This document shows, in pieces, positions 8,502-18,061 of a DNA stretch of 64,000 bases; the stretch's first letter is position 1, and every line of letters starts with the position of its first letter. Where the stretch lies: positions 75,855 to 139,854 of the IMG/VR virus record IMGVR_UViG_3300044971_002537, one strand, 5' to 3'. The stretch is from a virus. The notes beneath the pieces are model-generated. The model was not told where the DNA came from. It searched no databases and saw only the letters and a list, made by a program, of their open reading frames with translations. The position numbers were made by a program, and so were the translations under genes.

Positions 8502-9821
8502 ATGCAAGTATATGAAGCTGAAAAATTAGACAACTTATCTGACGCTCTTAAGAGCGTTAGTGTTGCTATGGTCTGCCCAATTACTAGCACGCAGTTACTT
8601 AGTGGAGATTCTGAGATAGCTGGAATAACACTAGCTTCAATTAGTGATAGACCAGTTCAAGCAGATCTTTACTATCTAAATTCCATTCTAGTATCGGCGG
8701 GATGGAATAAAAACGACGATGTCTTTGACGTAGCAGACCTATGGGCGGCACGCGAAACACCAGTCGACAAGCCATTCAATTATATGCACGATGAGACAGA
8801 CATCATTGGACATATGATTTCTTCAGCCGCAATGGGTGAGGATGGTGCCATTATTAACGAAGTTCCTCTTCCAGATAAGATGGACCTAGTTACTTCCGCC
8901 GTTATTTATAAGACTTGGGGCGACCCCGACCAGTCCATTCGAGTCAATGACTTGATTGCTAAAATCGATGAGGGTCAATTAGCTGTATCTATGGAATGCG
9001 TATTTCGAAACTTCGATTATGCAGTTGTTGAACCTGATGGTTCACAAAAAGTTATAGCTAGAGACGAAAACTCTGCGTTCCTCACCAAGCATTTGCGGGC
9101 TTATGGTGGCACTGGATCGTATGAGGGCTACAAAATTGGCCGCTTGTTGAGAGACCTATATTTTTCTGGTAAGGGTCTTGTAGATAAGCCAGCAAATCCA
9201 AGAAGTGTTATCCTCCCGAAGGAAGTTAACCCATTCAAGCCCGTAGATACTTTTTCCACATTGGCTATGGAGGTAGTGATGCCTGAAGATAATTCAGTGC
9301 AACTAGCAGAAGTCAACGCCTTGAAAGAGGCTCTCTCCACAGAGAAGGCTACTGCGAGCACTCTAGCGACAGAAGTCAGTGGTCATAAGGCCACTATCAC
9401 TTCGCTTGAGACGAAAGTAAATGAACTAGAAGCCACTATCGCGACTATTTCTCAGGAGAAACTGACCCTAAGTCAGGAGATCCAGAAGATGGTTTCTGAA
9501 GTGAAAGCTGCTGCAAGAAAGAACGCTCTTGTCACTGCTGGTGCAACCGAAGATAAAGCAACAGAGTTGCTCTCTAAATTTGCAGATGCTACTGACGAGA
9601 TGTTCGATGTAGTAGTAGCTCTAATTGTTAAGCCGACCCCTGTTACGGACACTGAGTCGGTTGAAGTCGAAGTCGAGACAGAAACTGAAGCTCTAGAAAC
9701 TGTAACCGAGGTTGATGAACCAGCAGTTGTAGTAGTTGAAGATTCTGTTGCTGACAAGATAAGCGTTGCCTCACAATGGCTGCGTGCTAGTGTCCTTCAG
9801 TCCACAAAAAATTCGAAATAA
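8502..9821 (+). CDS. Prohead protease fused to scaffold
   Basis: WNKNDDVF, KPFNYMH...IIGH, AVSMEC, FSGKGLVDKPANP protease motifs, then a coiled-coil/acidic scaffold region. Confidence 0.85.
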   Translation: MQVYEAEKLDNLSDALKSVSVAMVCPITSTQLLSGDSEIAGITLASISDRPVQADLYYLNSILVSAGWNKNDDVFDVADLWAARETPVDKPFNYMHDETDIIGHMISSAAMGEDGAIINEVPLPDKMDLVTSAVIYKTWGDPDQSIRVNDLIAKIDEGQLAVSMECVFRNFDYAVVEPDGSQKVIARDENSAFLTKHLRAYGGTGSYEGYKIGRLLRDLYFSGKGLVDKPANPRSVILPKEVNPFKPVDTFSTLAMEVVMPEDNSVQLAEVNALKEALSTEKATASTLATEVSGHKATITSLETKVNELEATIATISQEKLTLSQEIQKMVSEVKAAARKNALVTAGATEDKATELLSKFADATDEMFDVVVALIVKPTPVTDTESVEVEVETETEALETVTEVDEPAVVVVEDSVADKISVASQWLRASVLQSTKNSK

Positions 9822-9831
9822 GGGGTAAGGC

Positions 9832-10281
9832 ATGTCACTAAAGGGTGATCGTTACGAGCTAGACACAGACATTTCATTTTTCATGAATGAAACTGCTACT
9901 CGTGGTTTGGTTGTTTCTGTAAGTACGGCGGGCTCAGGTGCCGCTATGGATAGTGCTGTAGCTTTGGCGACAGTAAAAGCGAATCCATCTGGAGCATATC
10001 CTCTCGGGGTTCTGCTGAATGATATGGTCAACCTTGACCTGACTCGTCAGCACTTGAACCAGCACAAGGATGAAGTCCAGAAGGGTGGCAAGATTACTAT
10101 CTTGCGTAAGGGATTCGTCACTACTGACGCTATCTCTGGTACACCAGCCGGTGGTCAAGATGCTTATCTTGCTGGTACTGGTCTTATTAGTGCCACTCAG
10201 GCCGCTGGGGCTCTGAAGGTCGGTCAGTTCCTTAGTTCTAAGGACGCTGATGGTTTCGCCAAGGTTTCAATCAATCTATAA
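9832..10281 (+). CDS. Capsid decoration/cement protein
   Basis: 149-aa Gly/Ala-rich beta protein between scaffold and capsid genes; ends VGQFLSSKDADGFAKVSINL. Confidence 0.7.
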   Translation: MSLKGDRYELDTDISFFMNETATRGLVVSVSTAGSGAAMDSAVALATVKANPSGAYPLGVLLNDMVNLDLTRQHLNQHKDEVQKGGKITILRKGFVTTDAISGTPAGGQDAYLAGTGLISATQAAGALKVGQFLSSKDADGFAKVSINL

Positions 10282-10289
10282 GGGGTAAT

Positions 10290-11297
10290 TTGATGTCGTT
10301 CACTAAGCCGAATCCAGAGTTCATTGAAATGCTTAAGCAGTCTGGCGATACGTCGCCATCTGTAGCATATGCTGGTCAGGAGCAGATGGCGAAAGCTCTT
10401 CAGACTCCTCTCCGCGAAGCTATCTTGGTGGGAGACGTTACTGCTCCTATCTTTGAGAAGCTTACACTTGATGGCAATTCTACAGCCGAGTTCCCACTCG
10501 ACCTGTTGAATCCCGGCGACGAAGTTGACTTCGTAGCCTATACGAATCCCGGCCATGGTCGGATTCCAGAACGAGCAGTTGAAGGCGACTACATTCAGGT
10601 TCCGACCTATGGTATCGCTAACTCAATTGACTTCTTGGCACGATATGCCCGTGACGCCCGCTGGGATGTTGCTGGTCGTGCTATGAAGGTGCTGGAAGCT
10701 GGCTTCGTTAAGAAGATTAACGACGATGCTTGGCACGTTCTGCTTGCCGCTGGCGTAGACCGAAACATCATGGTATATGATGCTGACGCTGCTGCTGGTC
10801 AGTTCACTAAGAGATTGGTTTCTCTTATGAAGTCGGTTATGCGAAGAAATGCTGGGGGTAACTCTGGCTCTATCTCTCGCGGTCGATTGACCGATATCTA
10901 TCTTAGCCCAGAAGCTCTGGAAGATATTCGAAACTGGGGCGTGGACATTGTTGACGAAACGACTCGTAGAGAAATCTACGTCGCTAGCGACGATGGTGCT
11001 ATTACCCGAATTTTCGGTATCAACCTCCATGCTATGGACGAGCTTGGTGAGTCACAGGAGTATCAGTCCTACTTTACTAGTCAGCTTTCTGGTGCCCTTG
11101 GCCCATCAAGCGACGTAGAGTTGGTTGTTGGTCTTGATATGACTAGCCGAGACTCCTTCATCATGCCTGTTCGGCAGGAAGTTATGATCTACCCAGATCC
11201 TAGCTACTTCCGTCAGGGAAGAGTTTCGTTCTTCGGAAATTGCGAGCTTGGCTTCGCAGCATTAGACAACCGTCGCATTTTGCTGGGTTCTCTCTAA
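10290..11297 (+). CDS. Major capsid protein (HK97 fold)
   Basis: 335 aa, canonical position, E-loop G.IPE, IFGINL motif, C-terminal GFAALDNRRILLG; followed by a strong terminator. Confidence 0.88.
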   Translation: MMSFTKPNPEFIEMLKQSGDTSPSVAYAGQEQMAKALQTPLREAILVGDVTAPIFEKLTLDGNSTAEFPLDLLNPGDEVDFVAYTNPGHGRIPERAVEGDYIQVPTYGIANSIDFLARYARDARWDVAGRAMKVLEAGFVKKINDDAWHVLLAAGVDRNIMVYDADAAAGQFTKRLVSLMKSVMRRNAGGNSGSISRGRLTDIYLSPEALEDIRNWGVDIVDETTRREIYVASDDGAITRIFGINLHAMDELGESQEYQSYFTSQLSGALGPSSDVELVVGLDMTSRDSFIMPVRQEVMIYPDPSYFRQGRVSFFGNCELGFAALDNRRILLGSL

Positions 11298-11323
11298 GAG
11301 AATTTTGGCCTAATCAAACTAAA

Positions 11324-11357
11324 GTCGCAGAAGTTAATCGCTTCTGCGATTTTTTTT
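11324..11357 (+). terminator. Rho-independent terminator after the capsid gene
   Basis: TCGCAGAAG-TTAATCG-CTTCTGCGA stem followed by T8. Confidence 0.85.
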
Positions 11358-11410
11358 GGCTATAATGGATTTGCTGGCATCTCCGAATTTGGCGTAGAAA
11401 AAGGAAAATC

Positions 11411-13006
11411 ATGCTGCTCGATGACAAAACAATTAAAGAATTTGGCTATTCACAAACTTCACTTAGCAAGCACTCAAAAAATATGCTCTGGCTTAAGTGT
11501 GATTACTGTAGTAATGAGTATACCAATGCACACTGCCGAAGAGTAAAGTCAAATGCAATGCTGGATAAAGACGCATGTAGAAGCTGTAGGATGATAAAAA
11601 TAGGCGATATTAACTTTATCAAACTTGGGGTAAGAAATGTTTTTGAGCTAAAGTCTACCAAGGATAAATTAACTAAGACAAATCTGGATAGGTATGGAGT
11701 TGAAAGACCATCACAATCTCAGGCCATTAAGGATAAAGTTAAAGACACCATGATGGAGAGATATGGTGTCGATAAGATAATGGATATAGACGGGGTAAGA
11801 GACAAGATTAAAGAGACTAACTTAAAGAAGTATGGTGTTGAGAATGCTTCTTCGGTTGAGGAGTTCAAGGAGAAAAGGAAGAATACGTGCAAAGAGAGAT
11901 TTGGTAAAGAGACATATCTCGGGTCTGAAGATTGTATCAAGAAAACAAAGGAGGTCACTGGGGTCGACAATGTGTTCCAGCTAGAATCGGTAAAAGAGAA
12001 GTCTAGACAAACTATGCTAGAGAAGTATGGCGTAGATAATCTAATGAAGTTGCCAGAGGTGAGAAAGGATAGGATCAAGAAATGCAGACAGACCAAGATA
12101 GATAAAGGAATATTAGCTATTCATAAGGGCAGAACCAAAAGAGAATGGGCAGAAGAAACTGGCTTTTCTAGGTCCCGATTTAGCGTTCTAGTAAAAGAGA
12201 ACGGGTGGGAATTGGCTGTTAAGATGACCCCACGAATTAGTTCCCTAGAAGCAATAGTCGAGGATTGGCTGAAGCAAGCTGGGATAGAGTATAGCAAGCA
12301 GGTAAAAATTGGCAGATATTATGCCGATTTCACAATAGGTAATTTGGCCATCGAACTCAATGGTACTTATTGGCATAGTGAACTACACAAAAAGGACGAC
12401 TATCACGTTAAGAAGAGAGAGTTCTATATTGAGCAAGGATTCGTACCGCTATTCTTTGGTGAAGATGAAGTCACTCAAAAGTTCCATATAATTAAATCTA
12501 TCATCCTCAACAAACTTGGCAAGAGTACCCGCCTATTCGCTCGCAAGCTCAAAATTGGCCAAGTCGGTAAAAAAGAAGGTGCCAAATTTTTAGAGGACAA
12601 CCATCTCATGGGACAGGGGCGGGGCGAATGCATCGGCCTTTATGATGGTACTGAGTTAGTAAGCCTAATGAGGCTTCGTCGAGTCAAGGGAAACGATTGG
12701 GAGATTTCCAGATTTTGTAACAAGGTTGGCCATTCGATTGTGGGCGGTTTGAGTAAGATCCTCTCCTTTTTTACTGAGGTGTTTAAGCCCGAAGGGCTTA
12801 TTTCCTTTGTGGATTTGAGATATGGGACTGGAGACTATATGGAAGGGCTTGGCTTCGTAAGGGGCAAGGCTTTTAAGAGCTTTAAATGGACAGATGGTAA
12901 GAATTTGTTTAATCGCATGAAATTCCCATCTAATACTGGCTATGATCATAAGCTCTATAAGTTGTGGGATTGTGGTCAGCTCAAGTTTTCCAAGAAATTT
13001 ATGTAA
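11411..13006 (+). CDS. Free-standing Hef-like homing endonuclease with N-terminal zinc motif and tandem (E/K)(K/R)YG repeats
   Basis: CDYC...CRSC; about seven 23-aa T..(E/K)(K/R)YGV.N repeats; SSLE...ADF...AIELNGTYWHS...EDE nuclease core; C-terminal FARK...NH..G...EISRFC...GG.SK...WDCGQ domain. Confidence 0.8.
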   Translation: MLLDDKTIKEFGYSQTSLSKHSKNMLWLKCDYCSNEYTNAHCRRVKSNAMLDKDACRSCRMIKIGDINFIKLGVRNVFELKSTKDKLTKTNLDRYGVERPSQSQAIKDKVKDTMMERYGVDKIMDIDGVRDKIKETNLKKYGVENASSVEEFKEKRKNTCKERFGKETYLGSEDCIKKTKEVTGVDNVFQLESVKEKSRQTMLEKYGVDNLMKLPEVRKDRIKKCRQTKIDKGILAIHKGRTKREWAEETGFSRSRFSVLVKENGWELAVKMTPRISSLEAIVEDWLKQAGIEYSKQVKIGRYYADFTIGNLAIELNGTYWHSELHKKDDYHVKKREFYIEQGFVPLFFGEDEVTQKFHIIKSIILNKLGKSTRLFARKLKIGQVGKKEGAKFLEDNHLMGQGRGECIGLYDGTELVSLMRLRRVKGNDWEISRFCNKVGHSIVGGLSKILSFFTEVFKPEGLISFVDLRYGTGDYMEGLGFVRGKAFKSFKWTDGKNLFNRMKFPSNTGYDHKLYKLWDCGQLKFSKKFM

Positions 13007-13050
13007 GCAGGAGAACTGGGGTAAGTCAATCTTAAGTAATCAGGACAATG

Positions 13051-13083
13051 AAGGTCGCAGAAGTAACTCTCTGCGACCTTTTT
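13051..13083 (+). terminator. Rho-independent terminator after the homing endonuclease
   Basis: AAGGTCGCAG-AAGTAACTCT-CTGCGACCTT followed by TTT. Confidence 0.75.
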
Positions 13084-13084
13084 G

Positions 13085-13096
13085 CGTATTTACTTA
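13085..13096 (+). promoter_or_regulatory. Putative phage promoter (CGTATWWAM motif)
   Basis: CGTATTTACTTA immediately after the terminator, ahead of the fibre island. Confidence 0.55.
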
Positions 13097-13149
13097 TGGA
13101 GAACAAATACGGATCTGTTGATCCGCTGTTGGTCGAATTTGGGGGATTT

Positions 13150-13728
13150 ATGAACGGTTACGAAAAAGCTCAGTCGTTGAATTTGACCGGAACTGACGCG
13201 GAAATCGTGGCCGTTCTGCATACTTTGACTGTGTCAAACATCGCTGTAGATGCTGTTCGCGTGTGGCTCCGGGAGAATCTACTGTGGTTCCGATCGAGCC
13301 CAACAACAATGGGTGGGGCGATTCAGCAGGTGATAGAATCACCATCGACTCCGGATGAGACGAAACAGCAGCTCGGAATCTTCTGGAGTGCTGTTTTTGG
13401 TGATGGTGCTCAGAACCTGCTGACGACGGTCCCTACATGGGCTGGTCTTGTGTGGCAAATCATTCAGGGGCTTACTCAGGCCGCTCCGGATGCCGCCGCT
13501 TTGGTTGATTCGTTCTATGCTCTGGATGGTGGCAGGCCGTACAAGGAACTGACTGTTGAGCAATTTGCAGCACAAAGACAGGCTGCGGAAACCGAGGCAG
13601 CACTGACAGCAGCGCGAAACGAACGCCGGTCACTTTACGACGCATTTGAAAACGCTGTCGGCACATCAGAGCAACCTGAAAAGATCAACGAAATGCGGAC
13701 AATGCTTGATGCGTTGGAGGCTGTTTGA
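13150..13728 (+). CDS. Hypothetical protein
   Basis: Open frame; ATG 13150 follows GGGGGA. The longer ORF-track start runs through a terminator and promoter. Confidence 0.65.
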   Translation: MNGYEKAQSLNLTGTDAEIVAVLHTLTVSNIAVDAVRVWLRENLLWFRSSPTTMGGAIQQVIESPSTPDETKQQLGIFWSAVFGDGAQNLLTTVPTWAGLVWQIIQGLTQAAPDAAALVDSFYALDGGRPYKELTVEQFAAQRQAAETEAALTAARNERRSLYDAFENAVGTSEQPEKINEMRTMLDALEAV

Positions 13729-13729
13729 A

Positions 13730-14518
13730 ATGACAGTCTACTCCGAGTTAACACGATACTCCGCATCGATCTTTTTCGACTTTTCGGCGGCCGGAACAAA
13801 ATATCAGAACACCGGAAAAACTGTCAGTGTTGCTGACGGCGATCCTGTGGCGGTGCTGGTCGGGACAGGATATGGTAGCAGCACTGCAGATGCTGTGAGG
13901 TCGACTGCCGACGCTAATCGGCCAGTGTATCGGGCCAACTTCTCCGCAAGTGGTTATCCGGCTTTGCAGTTTGACGGAACTGATGACTTGATGCTGATGA
14001 GTGCGACTGGGGCACCATCTGGGACATCATCACTTCGGTTTTTGCTTGCAGCAGTACACGCTACATCAACATCAGGTGCCAGAACGATATTTTCGCGAGC
14101 GTCTGACATTCCATCACAGGTATATCTTTCAAGCGCCAATCTTGAGTGCCAGAATCCGACGTTCACTGCCACTAACGCATCAGCAACAGGAAGGTTCGTG
14201 TTAGGGTTATTGATCGACGGATCAGCTACAAAACCGACATCAATGGTAACGACGGGCTGCGGAGGCGCTGCCAGAAAGATCAGTGCAACATCAGGAGGCA
14301 GCGGGAGTTTTTCGTTTGGTGGATACGTATCAGGAGTTAACCTGTTCGCAGGCGGAATCTCGCAGGTGATATATGGCACGATGCCGTCCACGGCTACGCT
14401 GTTGGAATTCCACCAAATTGCAAATGCACTGAGTCAGGACTGGGGCATGGGTGATGTGCCATTATCCATCGGATCAAACAAGCCACAACACCCAATGAGT
14501 CAGCAGGTGATCGGATGA
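13730..14518 (+). CDS. LamG/ConA-like lectin-fold virion protein
   Basis: ADGDPV, ANRPVY, PALQFDGTDDLM, F.G.ISQVI.Y and L...WG motifs typical of phage LamG-like domains; ATG 13730 directly follows the previous stop. Confidence 0.6.
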   Translation: MTVYSELTRYSASIFFDFSAAGTKYQNTGKTVSVADGDPVAVLVGTGYGSSTADAVRSTADANRPVYRANFSASGYPALQFDGTDDLMLMSATGAPSGTSSLRFLLAAVHATSTSGARTIFSRASDIPSQVYLSSANLECQNPTFTATNASATGRFVLGLLIDGSATKPTSMVTTGCGGAARKISATSGGSGSFSFGGYVSGVNLFAGGISQVIYGTMPSTATLLEFHQIANALSQDWGMGDVPLSIGSNKPQHPMSQQVIG

Positions 14519-15375
14519 GACCAACGATTCTTCACATCGGTGGGGTTTTGTATTGGACAATTCAAACGCGAAATCCAGACACGCAAGTGCTCAAGGATGC
14601 TGATTCCACGCCGTCCGTTGCTGTGCGGAAAAACGGATCTTCAGTCGCGGATTCCGTTACGATCACAAAGCGATCAGCCACATCTGGGCTTTACGATTGC
14701 TCGTATAATCCTGCTGGTGAAGTCGAGGGGGACACATATCAGTTCGAAGAGTCTGCGGCTGTCACTGGAACGACGACAAGTTCCGCGACTTACGTCAATC
14801 AATTTTCAGTTCGTGCTGTCCATGCAGGAGCAGTGGAACTGGACTCCGCTAGTCGTCTCGCGATCTGGAATACACTGACCACAGAAACATTCACAGCAGA
14901 CTCATTCGGTGATCTGCTGATAATCAGCGATGGAACTAACGGGCGTGAGGTAAAAGTGACTGGGGCCAATCACATCGCTGCAGACGTACATGATGTGCAA
15001 CCTGATGGACTGACTGCCAGTACAGACATTATCGCGATCAAGGCAAAGACTACTAACTTGCCTACTGATCCCGCCGATCAGTCACTCGTTGAGGCAGCAA
15101 TCACAGCGGCGACTTCCCCACTGGCGACTCCTGCTCAAGTGAACGCTCAAGTTCTTGATGTCCTCTCAGTGGATACATTTGGCGAGCTTTCCTCCCCACC
15201 AGCAGCGACATCGTCACTTAAAGATAAGCTTGTTTGGTTATTTATGTGGGCACGCAATAAGGCCACAGCCACTTCATCCCAGCGTAAGCTTTACGCAGAT
15301 GATACTACGACGGTGGTTTCTACCGAAACCGTGGGAGATGACGGAGTCACCTTCACGAAGGGAGAAGCCTCGTGA
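14515..15375 (+). CDS. Putative virion structural protein
   Basis: Thr/Ser/Ala-rich; N-terminal Ig-like DADSTP...GLY; ATGA coupling to the upstream gene. Confidence 0.55.
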   Translation: MRPTILHIGGVLYWTIQTRNPDTQVLKDADSTPSVAVRKNGSSVADSVTITKRSATSGLYDCSYNPAGEVEGDTYQFEESAAVTGTTTSSATYVNQFSVRAVHAGAVELDSASRLAIWNTLTTETFTADSFGDLLIISDGTNGREVKVTGANHIAADVHDVQPDGLTASTDIIAIKAKTTNLPTDPADQSLVEAAITAATSPLATPAQVNAQVLDVLSVDTFGELSSPPAATSSLKDKLVWLFMWARNKATATSSQRKLYADDTTTVVSTETVGDDGVTFTKGEAS

Positions 15376-15581
15376 TCGACAGTAAAAGGGAGCGGTCTGC
15401 CGTTCTTTCATTCGCTAGCCCCAATGGACTCCGGGAGCCCAAAGCTAGTCCAGACATATTGGACAGGGCCACATTGCTGGGTCACTACATATTTGTGTCT
15501 GGCCAAACTGGTCAAAGCGTTGTCACGATAAGGGCCAGTTTAGTGATCAACCGTACACTAGACATAGAATTGATCAGATAA
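15372..15581 (+). CDS. Small hypothetical protein
   Basis: GTGA overlap with the upstream stop; fills the gap to the next gene. Confidence 0.5.
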   Translation: MIDSKRERSAVLSFASPNGLREPKASPDILDRATLLGHYIFVSGQTGQSVVTIRASLVINRTLDIELIR

Positions 15582-15583
15582 GC

Positions 15584-17599
15584 ATGTCACACATAATAGC
15601 AGATAGAGTAAAAGAAAGAGTCCAGAGTCCAGCAGGTACTGGTATTTTGTCTTTACTGAATACCACTTCTGGCTATCGAAGATTTTCTTCGGTCATGTCT
15701 TCTGGTGATACTTGTTATTATTGCTTAGAATGTCCATCAAATGGGGATTGGGAGTGTGGACTAGGCACATATTCTTCCAATAATGCACTATCTAGGACCA
15801 CTGTTTATAGCTCATCCAACAGCGGAGCTATTGTAAATTTTGCCAATCGTGTTTCGTATGCATTTATATCTTATGTAGCTTCTAGAGCCATATACCTCGA
15901 CCCATCCGGGGAATTGAATTTAGCTCTCAGTGCCCTAAATGATGTGAGCCTAACGGCTCCTTCCAGCGGCCAGATCTTATCTTTTACTGGATCTGAGTGG
16001 GTGAATGGCCCAGTTCCGGGCTCGTATTCTGATGAAGAGGCCCAAGATGCAGTAGGAGGAATCTTAACTGATACTTCAAGCATTAGCTTTAGCTACAACG
16101 ATGGAACCCCATCGATATCCGCTTCTGTAAAGAATAGCGGAGTGACCAACGATATGTTGGCCACTGGAATCGACGCGACCAAGCTCGGAAGTGGGAGCGT
16201 TAGCTCCACAGAGCTTGGCTACCTAGATGGGGTCACTTCTTCTTTACAGGTGCAGCTAGACTCTAAGTATGCTTCTGCGAACCCGAGTGGATATCTGACT
16301 GCGTCAGTGGCGTCAGCCACTTATCAACCTCTAGATGCAGACTTAACCTCACTGGCTTCAGCCAGCGGCTCTGGCATTTATGAGCGGTCTGGTGGTAGTT
16401 GGACCCCAGTAGTGATTGGGACTGGGTTGTCATTGGGGAGTGGCACTCTCTCTAATACGCTGGATTTATCCAGCTATCTGACTAGTTCGGTGGCGACAGC
16501 CACCTACCTGCCTTTGACTGGCGGTACGCTAACCGGCGATCTAAAATTTACTGATGCTACTTATGACATAGGCAAGAGCGGTGCGACTAGACCGAGGGAT
16601 GGGTTCTTTAGTAGGAACTTGACTGTAGGAGCGTCGATATACGTCCCAGCCTATGGATCATCGGGAACGCCTATACTCAGTTGGGGTGGAGGTGATTTCG
16701 GCTTGTATGCGGCTACTTTCGGAGTTGCATTCAAGGCATATGGTGCTGCTGCCGCTGTTGCGGCTTTGAATAGTGGATTGATTGTAACAAGCGGATCTAC
16801 TATCTGTTGGTCATCTACGTCTAGCGTAGACGGTACTAGAGATGTGTGTTTATGGCGAGGTGGAGCTGACATACTTGACCTCCAAAGAGGCACCAATGCC
16901 CAGACGTTTCGCCTCGCAGAGACATGGACTTCATCCACCTCATTCGGTGCTTTGCAAGTCAAAGCCAACACCGGAGCGGCCTATCAAATCGGTAGTGCTA
17001 TTGGAAGTGCTGGCGGAACGAATAGAGCGATTACATTTGGTCACTGGAATGCTGCTGGCACATTTACAGCATCATTATCTGCTGCAGCGGACGGTTCTTT
17101 GACTTTTCTTGGTTCGTATTCGCTGGTTTCAAATAATTATAATCTGCAGTTGACTAATTCTCCTTCAGCGGCATTTGCTGGAACAGCATTTGGATTTTCT
17201 GCTTCTGCGGGACATTCAAATACCGTAGCGATTGGCACGAACTCAACTACAACAGCCGCAGGTCAGTGCGTTATCGGTGGAAATGCTGCTGGTATTACGT
17301 CTGTGTTCATCGGTAATGGTGTCACACACGGAACGCCCAACAATATTGTTTACAATGCAACGGGCGGGTCTGGGGCGAACACAGCAGGAGCATCACTTGC
17401 CTTGGCTGGTGGAAAAAGTACAGGATCAGCAAATGGAGGGTCAGTTAAAGTACAAGTTTCTCCTGCTGGATCTAGCGGTTCTACACTAAATACGTTAGTA
17501 GATGCGGTTGTAATAGATTCTAATAAAAATTCAACATTTTATGGAACTATTTCTTCACCAAGTCTTACTCCTCTTCTACTATTGCAAATTTGGGGCTAA
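15584..17599 (+). CDS. Fibre-like virion protein 1
   Basis: Common phage fibre modules IADRVKE...WE.G.GTY...LSRTTV..SSN, LSALNDV...GQIL...WVN, EEAQDAVG, TELGYLDGVTSS.Q.QLD and YQPLDADLT; Gly/Ser/Thr-rich. Confidence 0.75.
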   Translation: MSHIIADRVKERVQSPAGTGILSLLNTTSGYRRFSSVMSSGDTCYYCLECPSNGDWECGLGTYSSNNALSRTTVYSSSNSGAIVNFANRVSYAFISYVASRAIYLDPSGELNLALSALNDVSLTAPSSGQILSFTGSEWVNGPVPGSYSDEEAQDAVGGILTDTSSISFSYNDGTPSISASVKNSGVTNDMLATGIDATKLGSGSVSSTELGYLDGVTSSLQVQLDSKYASANPSGYLTASVASATYQPLDADLTSLASASGSGIYERSGGSWTPVVIGTGLSLGSGTLSNTLDLSSYLTSSVATATYLPLTGGTLTGDLKFTDATYDIGKSGATRPRDGFFSRNLTVGASIYVPAYGSSGTPILSWGGGDFGLYAATFGVAFKAYGAAAAVAALNSGLIVTSGSTICWSSTSSVDGTRDVCLWRGGADILDLQRGTNAQTFRLAETWTSSTSFGALQVKANTGAAYQIGSAIGSAGGTNRAITFGHWNAAGTFTASLSAAADGSLTFLGSYSLVSNNYNLQLTNSPSAAFAGTAFGFSASAGHSNTVAIGTNSTTTAAGQCVIGGNAAGITSVFIGNGVTHGTPNNIVYNATGGSGANTAGASLALAGGKSTGSANGGSVKVQVSPAGSSGSTLNTLVDAVVIDSNKNSTFYGTISSPSLTPLLLLQIWG

Positions 17600-17602
17600 A
17601 TA

Positions 17603-18061
17603 ATGGCTAAAACATATACAATTCCTGTAACTCAAAACATCCAATCGGCCTTCGGCACTTTGCTGAACGCTGACTCATTCAGTGCAGCCAACGGTGGAAC
17701 CGCACCAACTAATACCAAGCTCCTATGCACAGCAGGTGCTGACGGTAGTATTTTGAAGTCTTTAGTAATTTCTTCAGACGACTCATCTTCGAGAACGATC
17801 CAGTTCTGGGTAAGTACAGACGCTGGAACTACAAAGTATTTAATTGGATCTATTACTGTTGCAGCTAGTAGCGGGACCAATGGAACAAATGCGAATGTGG
17901 ACTTTTTAGGAAGCCAAATTCTTTTAGGAATGTGTACCGATGCAAGCGGCAAGTATGTTATTCCTTTAGCAGCCAATGCTCGAGTCTACTACTGTGTGAC
18001 TACTGCCGCTGTTACAGCAGGTAGAACAGTCTACATTGCAGCAACGTTGGAGGACTTTTAA
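17603..18061 (+). CDS. Small beta-rich virion/fibre-associated protein
   Basis: Tightly coupled between fibre genes; Thr/Ala/Ser-rich. Confidence 0.55.
   Translation: MAKTYTIPVTQNIQSAFGTLLNADSFSAANGGTAPTNTKLLCTAGADGSILKSLVISSDDSSSRTIQFWVSTDAGTTKYLIGSITVAASSGTNGTNANVDFLGSQILLGMCTDASGKYVIPLAANARVYYCVTTAAVTAGRTVYIAATLEDF

Noticed and set aside
4399-11297. Inteins or introns in terminase, portal or capsid genes
   Set aside because: Frames are continuous, sizes ordinary, and no intein C1/HN-C or LAGLIDADG motifs were seen.
13048-13149. ORF-track N-terminal extension of the 13150 gene
   Set aside because: It runs through a terminator hairpin and the CGTAT motif; ATG 13150 has an SD-like sequence.
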